A DNA stretch of 63,225 bases, filler included, from Choristocarpus tenellus KU-1152 (Eukaryota > Protista > Phaeophyceae), in NCBI GenBank assembly GCA_964200185.2. It is 7 parts of 7 records of this genome, joined end to end, with 100 filler letters (N's around TTAATTAATTAA, not from the genome) between each part and the next. Parts side by side here need not be neighbours in the genome. Positions count along the whole stretch, not along the records: positions 26,089 to 41,578 come from CAXNAD020000989.1; positions 41,679 to 45,096 come from CAXNAD020020166.1; positions 45,197 to 63,225 come from CAXNAD020000588.1; 4 more parts are not named here. One strand, 5' to 3'. Positions 40,026 to 51,400 of this stretch are shown piece after piece (position 1 is the stretch's first letter; each line of letters begins with the position of its first letter). Position numbers and translations under genes: made by a program. The notes beneath the pieces were generated by a model, which was not told the DNA's origin, did not search any database, and worked only from the letters and a program-made list of their open reading frames with translations.

Positions 40026-40453
40026 CCAAACCAATTGAGAGGTGGGCAAGTTTGGACCCTTTATAGCAATTAAAGCCATCTTTCTTACCCTGTACAATGC
40101 ACTCCATTTCACGGTTTCATGTGAACAGCAGTGTATGCAAATCGATAGATCCCCTCTTTCCACACACAGAGTGACACACACCACAATTCAGGAAAGAGCC
40201 AAAGCAATTGAGAGTTAGCCAGGATTGTATTTTAAGGGTCCCGAGAAAGGGGAAAAGGATTCCATTTTGTACAATTTCATAAAGAACATTTGCTTTATTG
40301 TAGTACCACTTTATGTTGTGGAAAGGGCGAATATCAAGTTTGCATATACACATTGTGCACAAAAGCGATGGAATAGAGTGTATTGCACAGGGGAAGTAAA
40401 TATGGCTTAGAATGCAAAGTGGTCCAAACTTGCCTACCTCTCCATTGGTTTGG
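40026..40453. repeat. Long imperfect inverted repeat (arms about 115 bp, 40026-40141 and ~40338-40453); probable MITE or foldback element
   Basis: CCAAACCAATTGAGAGGTGGGCAAGTTTGGACC... pairs with ...GGTCCAAACTTGCCTACCTCTCCATTGGTTTGG. Confidence 0.8.
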
Positions 40454-40499
40454 CTCAAAGGATCTTTCTGCAAATGTACAAAATGGAAAAAATATTCCC

Positions 40500-41300
40500 T
40501 TAGAATATGCAACCTCGCCTACCTCTAAATTGCTTTGGCCCTTCGATCTATCACCGTCAATATCACATACCAGTAAAATACTACCCCAGTGACGTGTGTA
40601 GGTTTTAGAACAAGAACCTCTACTACACAACAAGTAGTACAATAGTCATTTTGAGTAGGTAAGATATGGATCACAGATATTCTGTAAATAGAATTGAGCA
40701 AGTTGACACCAAATATGGGAACAATAAAATGACAAGGATTTATTTTGAATTCATGATATCGTCCACCTTCTATATCACAAACGAAATGGAAAAAACATCA
40801 AAATGCTCAAACTCAGTAATCTTGGAATACGAGGGAAATTTGAGGGGGGAAATATTACTGGAGTATCGATGCTTGGTCCAGCTTGTATTCCACAAGAAGC
40901 GAAAAATGTCAATAGTCAATTAAGTACTAGACAAAATCGGTCACATAGGACTATCAATACCCCAATAGCACCTCCCATCATACATACACGCTACACCCAA
41001 CTTGATTTAGCTATGGCTAGATGAGGACAAAATCTAGAGGGAAACATTTTCCAAGTTGGGTAACCAAGTATCCTTATTTCCACCCACACAGGTAGGTGAT
41101 CTTGTGGTCCGCTATGTATACATAGGATATGTGAGAACCAGTGCACAAGGACAATATTTCAATATCTGTATCAACTCAGTCAAACGACCAGTATATCCAT
41201 TTGAAATTTACGTTAGGTCATATTGCGCATTTGATAACCAGTCTCAAGACATCATATGTACTGCACCGTGTATGAAAACAGTAAGGTATCACCACTAATA
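40500..41300 (+). mobile_element. Possible highly degenerate Copia RT remnant
   Basis: Weak fragments in the expected order (GNLRGEILL ~DLG..ILG, VLDK, TPIAP, SVKRP ~AVKR). Confidence 0.3.
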
Positions 41301-41410
41301 ACAGGTTTCCCAACCCATCAAAAATACTAACTACACACCATTGTACTTAATATAAAACTCCTGCACAATATCATATTTGTATTTGATCCATTTCATCCTA
41401 GTTGAATTGT

Positions 41411-41578
41411 GGGTCAAAGTATCTGGGGGGGGGTGGCAGTTGTACATTTGGGGCCAATTTTTTCATGTCGCAATTTTTGGGTGATTTGGTTCCATACGTT
41501 GGATGGATAATGAAAGGGCACTTGTTCTGGTTTTGGTCCAAATGGACACTCTGGTGTAGAGCCCCCCCCCCCCCCACC
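41411..41578 (+). mobile_element. MITE family B copy truncated at contig end; a related end lies at 41680-41770 on the next contig
   Basis: GGGTCAAAGTATCTGGGGGG terminus and shared internal sequence; CCCCAGATACTTTGAGTC ends at 41770. Confidence 0.8.
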
Positions 41579-41959
41579 NNNNNNNNNNNNNNNNNNNNNN
41601 NNNNNNNNNNNNNNNNNNNNNNTTAATTAATTAANNNNNNNNNNNNNNNNNNNNNNNNNNNNNNNNNNNNNNNNNNNNTAAAAAACCAAAACACACCAAA
41701 TTCTCCATATAAAAAAAATTACCCCAAATGGACAGATGCCCCCCCCCCCCCCCCCCAGATACTTTGAGTCGTCGGTTGATAAAATTTGCACTGTATTTGC
41801 GTATATGGCACTCCTCAACAGCACTTCTGGACCGTCTAGAAGAGACAGTTTAAGACCTCACTACATGGGTAAAAGGATTGCCTAGAGCATGTGGTGTAGC
41901 ACCGCTTCATCCACCGCCCCTTTACTTGCCCTTTTCTCCCCCTCCCCTTGTTACCGCAG

Positions 41960-42517
41960 GAGTCTGTAATGGAGGCCATCCATATCTCTGCCAGGGAGTT
42001 AGAGCTAGACGTAAAGGTTTTCACTTCAAACCATGAGTTGTCCCACCTGGATGAGCTCGAAGCGGAAAGGAGGGGACAGGGTGAGGGGTATGATGCTGTC
42101 CTGTACAACCCTGCCTGTTTTGAGCAAGGGGGACTTTGTGGTTCATATCTTGTAGGGGGATCCAACTACAATGGTAGCCATGGCCTCCTGCTTGAGCGTG
42201 CCCTAACCCTCCTGAGGTGTCCTGTGGTGCGAGTCCTGCCCCTGAGGTATACGGACCCCTCCCAACCTTCCTCCTCTTGCTGGTGTTGTTGCTGCTCCCC
42301 TGCTCACCCTAGCCCAGGTAGGGGCCAGGAGTTGGGAGAAAGTGAAGGAGTGGGAGGTAGAAGTGGTGACTATTTAGTTGGTAGTAAGAACAATGGTACA
42401 GGTATGGGGCTTGGGAAGAAGGCGGTGATTGCTGGGCTGGGAGGGGCTGCGTCCTACTCGCTTGCTCTCAGGGCCGTGACAGGGCTTATGCCGGGTGACA
42501 GAAAACCGCACAAGTGA
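41960..42517 (+). CDS. Last exon of a type II 3-dehydroquinate dehydratase (AroQ)-like protein with a degenerate active site
   Basis: Polypyrimidine tract and CAG acceptor end at 41959. The exon has FTSNHE (~FQSNHE), DAVLYNP (~DGIIINP), L.RAL..LRCPVVRV (~LxDAL..PxVEVH) and VIAGLG..SYSLALRA (~VIxGxG..GYxLAL). Confidence 0.72.
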   Translation, partial: ESVMEAIHISARELELDVKVFTSNHELSHLDELEAERRGQGEGYDAVLYNPACFEQGGLCGSYLVGGSNYNGSHGLLLERALTLLRCPVVRVLPLRYTDPSQPSSSCWCCCCSPAHPSPGRGQELGESEGVGGRSGDYLVGSKNNGTGMGLGKKAVIAGLGGAASYSLALRAVTGLMPGDRKPHK

Positions 42518-42799
42518 CTCAAAACTGAATAGTTTATTGTAGTTACGACGTTGCATGTAGTGCTTTGGAGAAGTTTTGTGACAAATTCGGGTGTGTTCTA
42601 CTTGTGGAGGAAAAGGTATCTGTCCTTTCCATACCATTATCCACTCCGGGAGTGTGACTGCTGTGCGATGGGTTTCCTAGAATGAAGAAGTGTTTATACG
42701 CTTTTTGATCTTCCAAACGCACACAAGTTAAACATCCTCAGGGGGGTTAAAATGGGCGTGATTAATTACTCTTGCTTGGTGCTCACTGGCCCTTGCTCA

Positions 42800-44900
42800 T
42801 GCTCTAGTACGACCCTACCTGCCATAGTCAGTGCAGCTCACACATTTTAGGACCTACTATTGGTAAGACAAGCATGTAGATTCGTTCAGGATCCTATCTG
42901 TCAGCCAAAAATTCAGGTACGGGATCTAAATTTGATGACTTCTCGTTGGTGATGTTAATTCACCTGGGGGTAATGTGTACATCTGAGGACTGTACTGGCA
43001 ACTGTTACCGCACTGCATCTAAGGTGACTGCTGATGAACTACTGTTTACCTGGGAGAACATAGACATTGATGGACGGTATCTGCCTTCATCTCTGGTCTT
43101 TTCAAGGCTGTAGAGGAATTAATGCAAATTGTACAACTCAGGTGCGGCTACGGCAGCTGTGGGGGCCAAGAACTTCATGGATGATTGGCACAATAAGAGC
43201 GACACCGTCTAGATGAAGGTGCTGGCGTCTGTGTCACATATGGATGCATTGTTTTTTTTCTGTTATTCTTTGTCGTTCTTGCGACTTGTGTTCAAGTGAG
43301 TGGAGGCCTAATTGAACCTTGGGTCTTGATCCTTCTGTGACTTGGACCTTGATACTGGTGCTGGTGTATAACCAAGTCCATGACCAATCTGGACCAAATC
43401 GCCAGAAGAGAATGCAGAAAGGGCAGGGCTCATCAGACAAGCTGTTGTATCCAGTCGACTGCTGAGGACTGAAATGGTGAATGCAATCACCAACAAACTC
43501 ATGCCTTGGGGCTGTGGTAAGGCAAGGGTATCAACAATGAGGTGTCCATCTACACTGATTACCTGTTCTAACTTGCTTTGGAACTACTGCCAGTTCCACC
43601 ATAGAAGAGGCTGCCACGATGATGGTGTCTAGTGATGGCATCCTTTAAGGATATTGGACGCTTGGCAAGAGAAGGAGACAATTTGAAAGAAGTATAGGGG
43701 GAATCCATCGATGCCAGTGCCAAAGAGGAGTTGAAGAAGTGCATACAAATGCTGTTGTGGGTAAGATCGTGCCATCAAGATTTTCCTTGGTACTTACACT
43801 GAGGGTTTGGAAGAAAGCATTACCCAAGGACACCATACCGGCTTCTTCCAATACATGTCCAAAACGAATTGAGGAAAAACCAAAAGCATTTAAGAGGAGA
43901 GGAGTTTTGCCCTGTTTGTTCGTTCAGGGCTTGGCTTCCCACGGGTTCTTTATGCCCTTTTTCGGTTTTCTGTGTGGACACAGTTACCTAAAGTGCATAC
44001 GAATGTGAAAGGTGTGTCTGGAACAAGGATTTTGACACTTGCTAACAAAAATAAACAGCCAAAATTACATCAAAATCGTAACATCAGATTTTGGACCCCA
44101 AACGGATGCAGCCCTACCCTCTTAAATGCTTTGACTCCAACTGCTAAGAGAGTCAGGGAAATTGTTCATAAACCTTGGCAATGGCACTATCATGCCTGTA
44201 CAGAGGGACATAGGAGATAGGTTCCTGGGTCCTACCCCAGGGGATCATTAACTCATTAGATAGGCAAAGATGGTTGGCACAACGTGGTCTCAGATAATTC
44301 AGCCCTAGGCAAGCCTCCGTCTGGAAGTGCCATGGTTGCAAATCTCCCGCAGAGAGTGTTCATGGGTGAGTACCGTGTACAGAACTGGAAGACAACAAAG
44401 CCCAGTGACGTCACATCTCACTCATGGGATTTATTTCATGTTTACACGGAGTAACTCAACAGCAGTATGTCTCCTTTGTCAAACTCAGTTGGTAGGATTG
44501 TGCCAAAATCAAATGGGGCACATAATTGTTATTTATATATATATATTATTTCCTCACTTTTGGTCTGGAACTTCTCCACTGCACCCTACCTAGCCTGTTC
44601 ACCCATGGTCAGATGGCAGTGCAGACAGCACAAATTCTACCCCTACGATCAAACTGTTGCATTACAACTAATGGCACTACCCCATCCATACCTTCATTTT
44701 TTCTAACGCATTGGGTTCAGTTGTCCCACTGCTCATCGCCCTGCCTCCTCCCTCAAATCTGGTTCGTACTCCCTCCGTCCACAGTGAATCTTCACCACCA
44801 TAATCCAGATCTTTCTGTGCATCCCTTTTTGTGGTTTGGTACAAGATAGAATGGCACAGGTGTGCCTTCCCAACATACTTGGTATGAGGTCAATTAAAGT
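42800..44900 (+). mobile_element. Possible highly degenerate Gypsy pol/integrase remnant interrupted by a MITE
   Basis: Fragments FMDD, VSIYTDYL (~IYTDH) and LSVHPF (~IHPVF) occur in order; many stops. Confidence 0.35.
43880..44137 (-). mobile_element. MITE family A, diverged copy
   Basis: GAGTTTTGCCCTGTTTG...CTACCCTCTTAAATGCTTTGACTC. Confidence 0.82.
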
Positions 44901-45399
44901 CAGTTTCTTGCGAGGAAAATATGGCCTCTGCCACCAGGGTTGAAACCTGAACATGCCCATGACAGAGTACAGGCAGACAACCATCTGAGGACGTGGACAA
45001 AAAAAAAAAATCCAATCCAACAACCAATCTCGTTTACATCTCAACTAGTAGTGTGTTCTGGAAGGGGACAGGGAAGAAAATTCTTGAAAATTTCCANNNN
45101 NNNNNNNNNNNNNNNNNNNNNNNNNNNNNNNNNNNNNNNNTTAATTAATTAANNNNNNNNNNNNNNNNNNNNNNNNNNNNNNNNNNNNNNNNNNNNCACC
45201 AGCAATAATAATGCAAGCGATACGGTGTCATTTGGGGTGATTTTGAGGCCAGAACTGGGCACGTCGAGGGTCAGAATGTCGGTGTGGCACCCCCCCCATC
45301 ACCCCCCCCACGTAGGAAGGGTGCCCAAGTGTCCTTGAATACCAGGGTTGAGCTTGTAGTGTGGCATGCCCTTGCGATGGTCCCTGGTGAGCATAAATT

Positions 45400-46500
45400 A
45401 TCGCAACATGTTGGGCCGACTCTCGTGGTGGAATTTGGAGTGTCGAGTATTGTATGCGAGGGCTCTGTGAGGAAACCGCCGATCAGCTCGCCCGTGACCA
45501 CACGCTTGACCTAGCGGTGGCAGCAATACATAACATCAACTCCCATAATTGGTCATCCACGGCGGATCAGGTAGCAATGAAGATGGTCACCAAGGGGCTG
45601 AATTATATCATGAGCACTGTAAACAGGTGGAAGATATGGGGGCCATGCTGAATCGCAGCTAGATCAAACACAAGCTTAAATCGTGGCAATAGATATGGGG
45701 AATGGACTTTGTTTGCGATCAAGTGGACCGGAAACGTGGTGTGTACGCCTCCATGGTGAACATGATCCATGTGACTGTAACCTGTTTTTATGTGATGGCT
45801 GATGGGCAAAGGGTTAGGATATTTCCACATGAGGATGACAGCAAACTTCCAGGTTCTACTGTGCATCACAAGAGTCATATCCCCCAAGCCATGATCATTG
45901 CAGCGTATGCCCGCCCAGATTCAGCTCACAGCTTTGATGGAAAACTTGGTGTTTGGCATGTGTGTGCGCCAAAAACAGCAGACAAGACAAGCAAGAACCA
46001 TAAAAGGGGGATGTGCATGAGCAGGACTGTACTTTAGACCATAGGTGGTACAGGAAGTGGTACATGTAGGAGTTACTGCCTGCAATCAAGACCAAGATGC
46101 CTTCGTTGCAGGAGAAGCACGTTGTCATTCGGCAAGACAGTGCCACCCCCCACACGGGCAAGGGCAACTCAGAAATTTTGTCAGGGGCAGGGAAGACAGG
46201 GGTAGTCAATTAGGCTTGTGATGCAGCCATCTAACTCCCTCGACCTCAATGTCATGGACCCGTGCTTCCTCAGGACATTGAAATGCCGGGCGATGGGGAA
46301 GTGGTTTGGGTCCATCGAGGAGATAATGAAGGACATTAAGAAACGGTATGAGGAGTATGATGAAACCACACTTGAGAGGGCTTGGCAACTCCTTTTTGTG
46401 GTGTACAATCAAGTACTTAGATACAAAGGGGGGAATGACTTCAGTGTGGATCACACAGGGGAAAGGAAGAGGTATAGTGGTACCAGTAGCTTTCATTTGA
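45400..46500 (+). mobile_element. Degenerate Tc1/mariner transposase of the plant-like DD39D type
   Basis: HKSHIPQAMIIAAYARP..FDGKLGVW, IRQDSATPH (~QQDNAxPH), QPSNSLDLNVMD (~QPPNSPDLNxLD) and GGNDF..H; disrupted by frameshifts and stops. Confidence 0.85.
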
Positions 46501-47287
46501 TACATATATATTGTCGTATATCTGTTGCAGCATTTCGGTGAAAAAAAGCAGAACTGCCACAGAGGGCAAAGCTACTGGTACCACCTTAGTTGTCTGGTGA
46601 GCTTGAAAACACACCAAAGGTAGACATGGAGGCTTTTTCTGTGGCTGATAAAATTGTGATGGATGGGGAGTAATATAGACTCTAACCAGAATTCGTCAAG
46701 GATTCCAAATCTTCTTTGAGAAATGAATTTCACCATCTTTAAAAGTAATGGACATTGCAGCACAGACTTATGTCATGGAGGTAGAGGGATTATTAAATGT
46801 GCGTATACTTAAAAAAAACATTTTGTGCTATATGCTATTGAGCAAGGGGAGGAGGTCACAGCAGCAACCTGTGTTTTGCTCATGTTGTGGGTGCTGTTAC
46901 AGGCATAAACCACAGTGTGACAGAATATTCGGTATAACAAAGAGCAGACCACATACAGTGGTATGATGAGTCTGATGAATGACTATCAAGGCCGACACCA
47001 AGACAAAGGCTCATCTCCCTAAAAATATGACCATTGAGTCAGAGTAAAGAACTATTCAGATTTGGGCCGATTTGCATTTCAAGTCTATTTCTCAATTTTT
47101 TGTAATCCACCAATATTTCTATGGGCGATGTTCTAAGTTTGATTTGAGGACATACATTTCTCTGTTTGAAATTACTCTGGCACTATTCAGAGAATGTCCT
47201 CTGCATATCTGCAAAAAAAGATGTATTTGCACATATTTGTCAACATTGTTATAATACAACTTTGGGTACCTCTTGTTTGCTGTGACT

Positions 47288-47609
47288 GAGTTATAAAGCA
47301 TCTTATACGGTACGAATTTTACCCTGTTTGTCCATTTGGGGCTTGTCTTCTCACAGGTCTCTTATAATATTTTATTATTATGCCCTCTGACATTTTGCAG
47401 ATGTGTCAGGGGGCTCTTATAACATTTACTTCTCGGAAATGTTTAGAAGTAGGTAAAATGTACTCGAGTATACATTTTTAAAAGGTGTGTTCAGAATGAG
47501 GATATTGACACTTCCTAACTAACACAATAGCCAAAATTTCATCAAAATCTCACCATTGGATTTCGGCCCCCAAACGGGCGCAGCTCTACCCTCTAAGATA
47601 ATTTGACTC
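47288..47609 (-). mobile_element. MITE family A, diverged copy with extra internal sequence
   Basis: Ends CTACCCTCTAAGATAATTTGACTC; internal sequence shared with other copies. Confidence 0.82.
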
Positions 47610-48431
47610 ACTCAGTATATGTTCTTGGGAATGAGACATTGTATACAAAGTTTTTTTAACAAACTGTGCAAATCCTACAACCCCCCACCCAGCGAAAGAA
47701 TACCTGTCACATGTCAGGATCCTGATCTTTCCAATACACTACAGCACACACTGTCAATATATTGTGAGGGCTTCTCCAGTGATGCAATGAAGAGTTGCAC
47801 ACAAGAGTGAAAATTTGACTCAGAAAATTGAAAATGGTCGACCTAAAATCCGAGTTTTGGTGCGTACCTATTAGTCTCTTCTGAAAAGCATCCCCTGTTG
47901 TACAACCTGTTTGTTCTCTCCAGTTCCCGAGTCTTGCATTCCTTGTCTTTGCATCTACAGGATTAGGGGTTGGGATTTGTTTTGTCAAGTTACTGGAAAG
48001 GACCAACCCAGTTTTGTAAGATACGGAAATGAATAGCTGTAAATGTCTGCCCAGCCTCTCTGCTGATCATGAGATCACCTGTGGAGAAGCTGTTGTCAGA
48101 AGCGCTCAAAAATAGCACAAGATTAAATACATGGGCCACTAAGAACACAACACACACTGCTGCAGAGAAGTCAGTATGTACCTCCAGGAAATTTGAGGAC
48201 AGTGCTGTGCATAGAGAAAGATTTTCAGCAGACAATTATAGTGCTTCCTCTTCCTGTTTGAGAATCAACCTTGATAGATCCAATACAGGATGTGTTGATT
48301 ATGGACGAGGGAATATGTCAAGAATCTACTGCATATGAATGTTGCACACACTAACATGTGGACACCAACCAGATGGTGCCAAAGGAAGATTCAGCGTGAG
48401 GCAATTTATGTATGGTCAGCTACCCAATTAC

Positions 48432-51400
48432 TCACTCTTCCTCAGGGAACAAATCCGGATCATATAGACCAGGGAAGAAAACCCCAGCAATGGTATTGCC
48501 TTCACGCTCAATCTGCAGATGGACAAACAGTGGACAAGTGAGACCAACGAATGATCTAGCTGAGAAATCGAAGCAATCAAGGTGATTGGTGGATGTGATA
48601 GCATGTCCACTTGGCAGACAAACATACTAAGTACGAGAATTGGTAGAGTCACAACATGGAAAAAATGTATCAAGCTTCTTTTTGGAGCCTAAATTCTTCA
48701 ACCAGAAAACGAGAGTCTAATGGAGGTTGGCTTCTGACCGAAGTCTTAACCTTCAGAGCAAGACTGTGTAGTGAGTACAAGCACCAAGTGACAAATGTAT
48801 GCCGATTGTACCAGAGGAGAAAAAAAAAAATCGAAATCTGCTACACTGGTGTGCATGACAAACTAAAATATCTTCATCTCACCTTGATTGTGTCACCATT
48901 GAAGAGTTCAAATTCCCAGAAGGCCATCTCCCCCTCTGGAAGGCCCGACAACTCCTGTAGAACAATGTGCCCATGGAATACCAAAAGCAAGAGAGGTTCA
49001 GCGGTTATCTAATACTGCACAGCTTTAGAGGCGTCAAATGCTAAAGCTGTTTGACGAGTAAAGTGTTTGATGGGACAAGACCCTCCCACCCAGAAAGATA
49101 TTCCCCTACACACTACATCCATTCAATATAGCAAAGTACGCAGAGGACAGATTATCGAAAGGAAACTGCGATCATATGGAACAGCAGCACAATTGCCTGC
49201 AAAAATACCCTCCTCTTCCTTGCCCTGACATATCACCAACACACTTGGAGAGCATCAAAAGTTGATGGTGCTACACACGACATACAGTACAAAATATGAA
49301 ACCTTCCTCAAGGCCATTCCCCATTTTCGTTGTGCTCTTTGGGTTGCGCACAAATATCACTGACCTCTTGCAGTATACGGATGGCAAGGACCTCACCAAA
49401 GAGCATGCCATCAACGTTGTCCGCGCGAAAGTGCACGCCCAGCATCGATCTGTGTAGTTCGCACACATTTGGTACAAGAGCGACGCAGAGTGACCTCTTG
49501 AGCTTGCAGTCAAGCAATTATGTATAGAATCATTGCAGCGGATACATGCTTCATGTCTAATGTAGTTGATTGATGCCATGTTACAAGTTCTGAGCCCAAA
49601 ACATTAAGGCAAGATCATTCGATCCTTTGGAAAGCTCCTTCTGGTGGACTGACTGCAAAGTATCATCCGCAATCTGTATCACTGGATGTTTAATATCTTC
49701 AAGCGAAATCTCATTTGAAATGTTTGCAAAATATGTAATAATGATGCACTCTGTCAACAGGATCAACAAAGTAAAAATGCTGAATCTATGCTGTTACACA
49801 TTAGTCCTGCACCTACTTATCAACAACCCTCCCTCCAGTGACACATGACCATCAGATACTGATTCCTCCTCTTACTTCGAGAAGATCTGCCAGCACTTCA
49901 CTTCATGGGGCATCATGAAGGCTTTTACGCCTTACGCCATACATTGGCGTGTCTTAAAGTGTGATGTGCTTCACAGAACAAAATAATGTGCGGGAAGTAC
50001 ACGTCAATTTTGAATTGGAGACCACGATCGTGGCATGTGAGAGTGTGGATATGCATCTGGAGAAGATCAAGAAGAATATCCTCTTCAATTGCACCTTCCC
50101 ATCGCGATATTGGAGGCTAGCTTGTTCAGCTCCCCTGTCCAGGTCAGGCAGCTTGGTGTACTGCCCTCCTCAAGAGGGAATCGCTCAAGACCGCAATCAC
50201 TGATATATGCAGGGGAGTCCACACAGTTTTTGCCATTGGGGCCCAGGAATGCCTAAGGAAGGGGAGAAATACCCGACAAATACATGGAATGTAAAGGATG
50301 ACCCTATTACATGTAGTTTGTTCAAGATATCCAAGGAAGACTAGCCACTTGCAAAGTCAGCAGGGAAGTGTGATTGCCCGTTATCCCTAGAAGACAAATG
50401 TCTCCTCGTGGAGAGCAACACAAAGTTGTCACCTCAATGACGTTAGTTTTGGTACTAAAAAGTGCTCTAGTGCAAAATATGTTCACTGGAGTGTATGTAC
50501 CCCTGAGTAGTACCCAGTTGAGTATATTCCTCAAACAAGGCAGGTAGGCCTCCCATTATGTGCAAATATCATAGACTAACGGTGTAGTGGGCAAATCTGT
50601 CCCTAACAAGGTAGGTTGACATACACTTTCACCTTTTTCAACAACTACAAGTCCTAGATGACTTTGTAGCAGCTTTTTTGTAGGTACAGTTAAGAAGCCC
50701 CAAATGTCCTAACTGGAATAAGAAATATGTGTGACACCTTAATATGATGGGACAATAGAGCTTGTATGGTAGGCGATACTAAGATGTGAACAAATGAATG
50801 TGCTTGTAATCACCTTAAGCACAGTGGTTGCTGCTCCGCTGTTGACACTGTGACCAGCAGGGTAGCTTGGGTGAGTGGGTGACCCTTGGGGGACTCCCTG
50901 CAGAAGTAGCAGAAAGATTGAAAGAACAGTGATATGGGTGTGGCAAAAAGTAGGTTGAGGAGACACACCCTGTTCACAGCACTGATTGTGTGTTGGTCTT
51001 AGAAAGAGTTTACATCCAATAAGGGTGACGAATTTAGAGAGGGTGATATTCTGAGCACTCTGCACAAAGTACACGACATCAGCACATCGATCTTCTCAAG
51101 CGTGGACAAAAGTTGTAGCCATATCGCCCCTAATACACTACTCCAAGAAAACAAGTTCCTTCTTTGTCCAGTCAAACAATTTGCCATGTTGTCTTGTACT
51201 CAAGATACAGGTACATCAATACTGAGTCTTTGCAGCTTTATTAGGGTCGCCATGCACTTTGAAGCAGTACTCTATCTAAGAAAAGCACACATTGTCCTCC
51301 CTCACACCAAAAAAACAATGTAGAAGGTCCTCACCATGGGAAGAAGCAGACTGGCTTGGGGGTCTTCAACACCAAGTTGCACATTGTTCTTATAGGTGTG

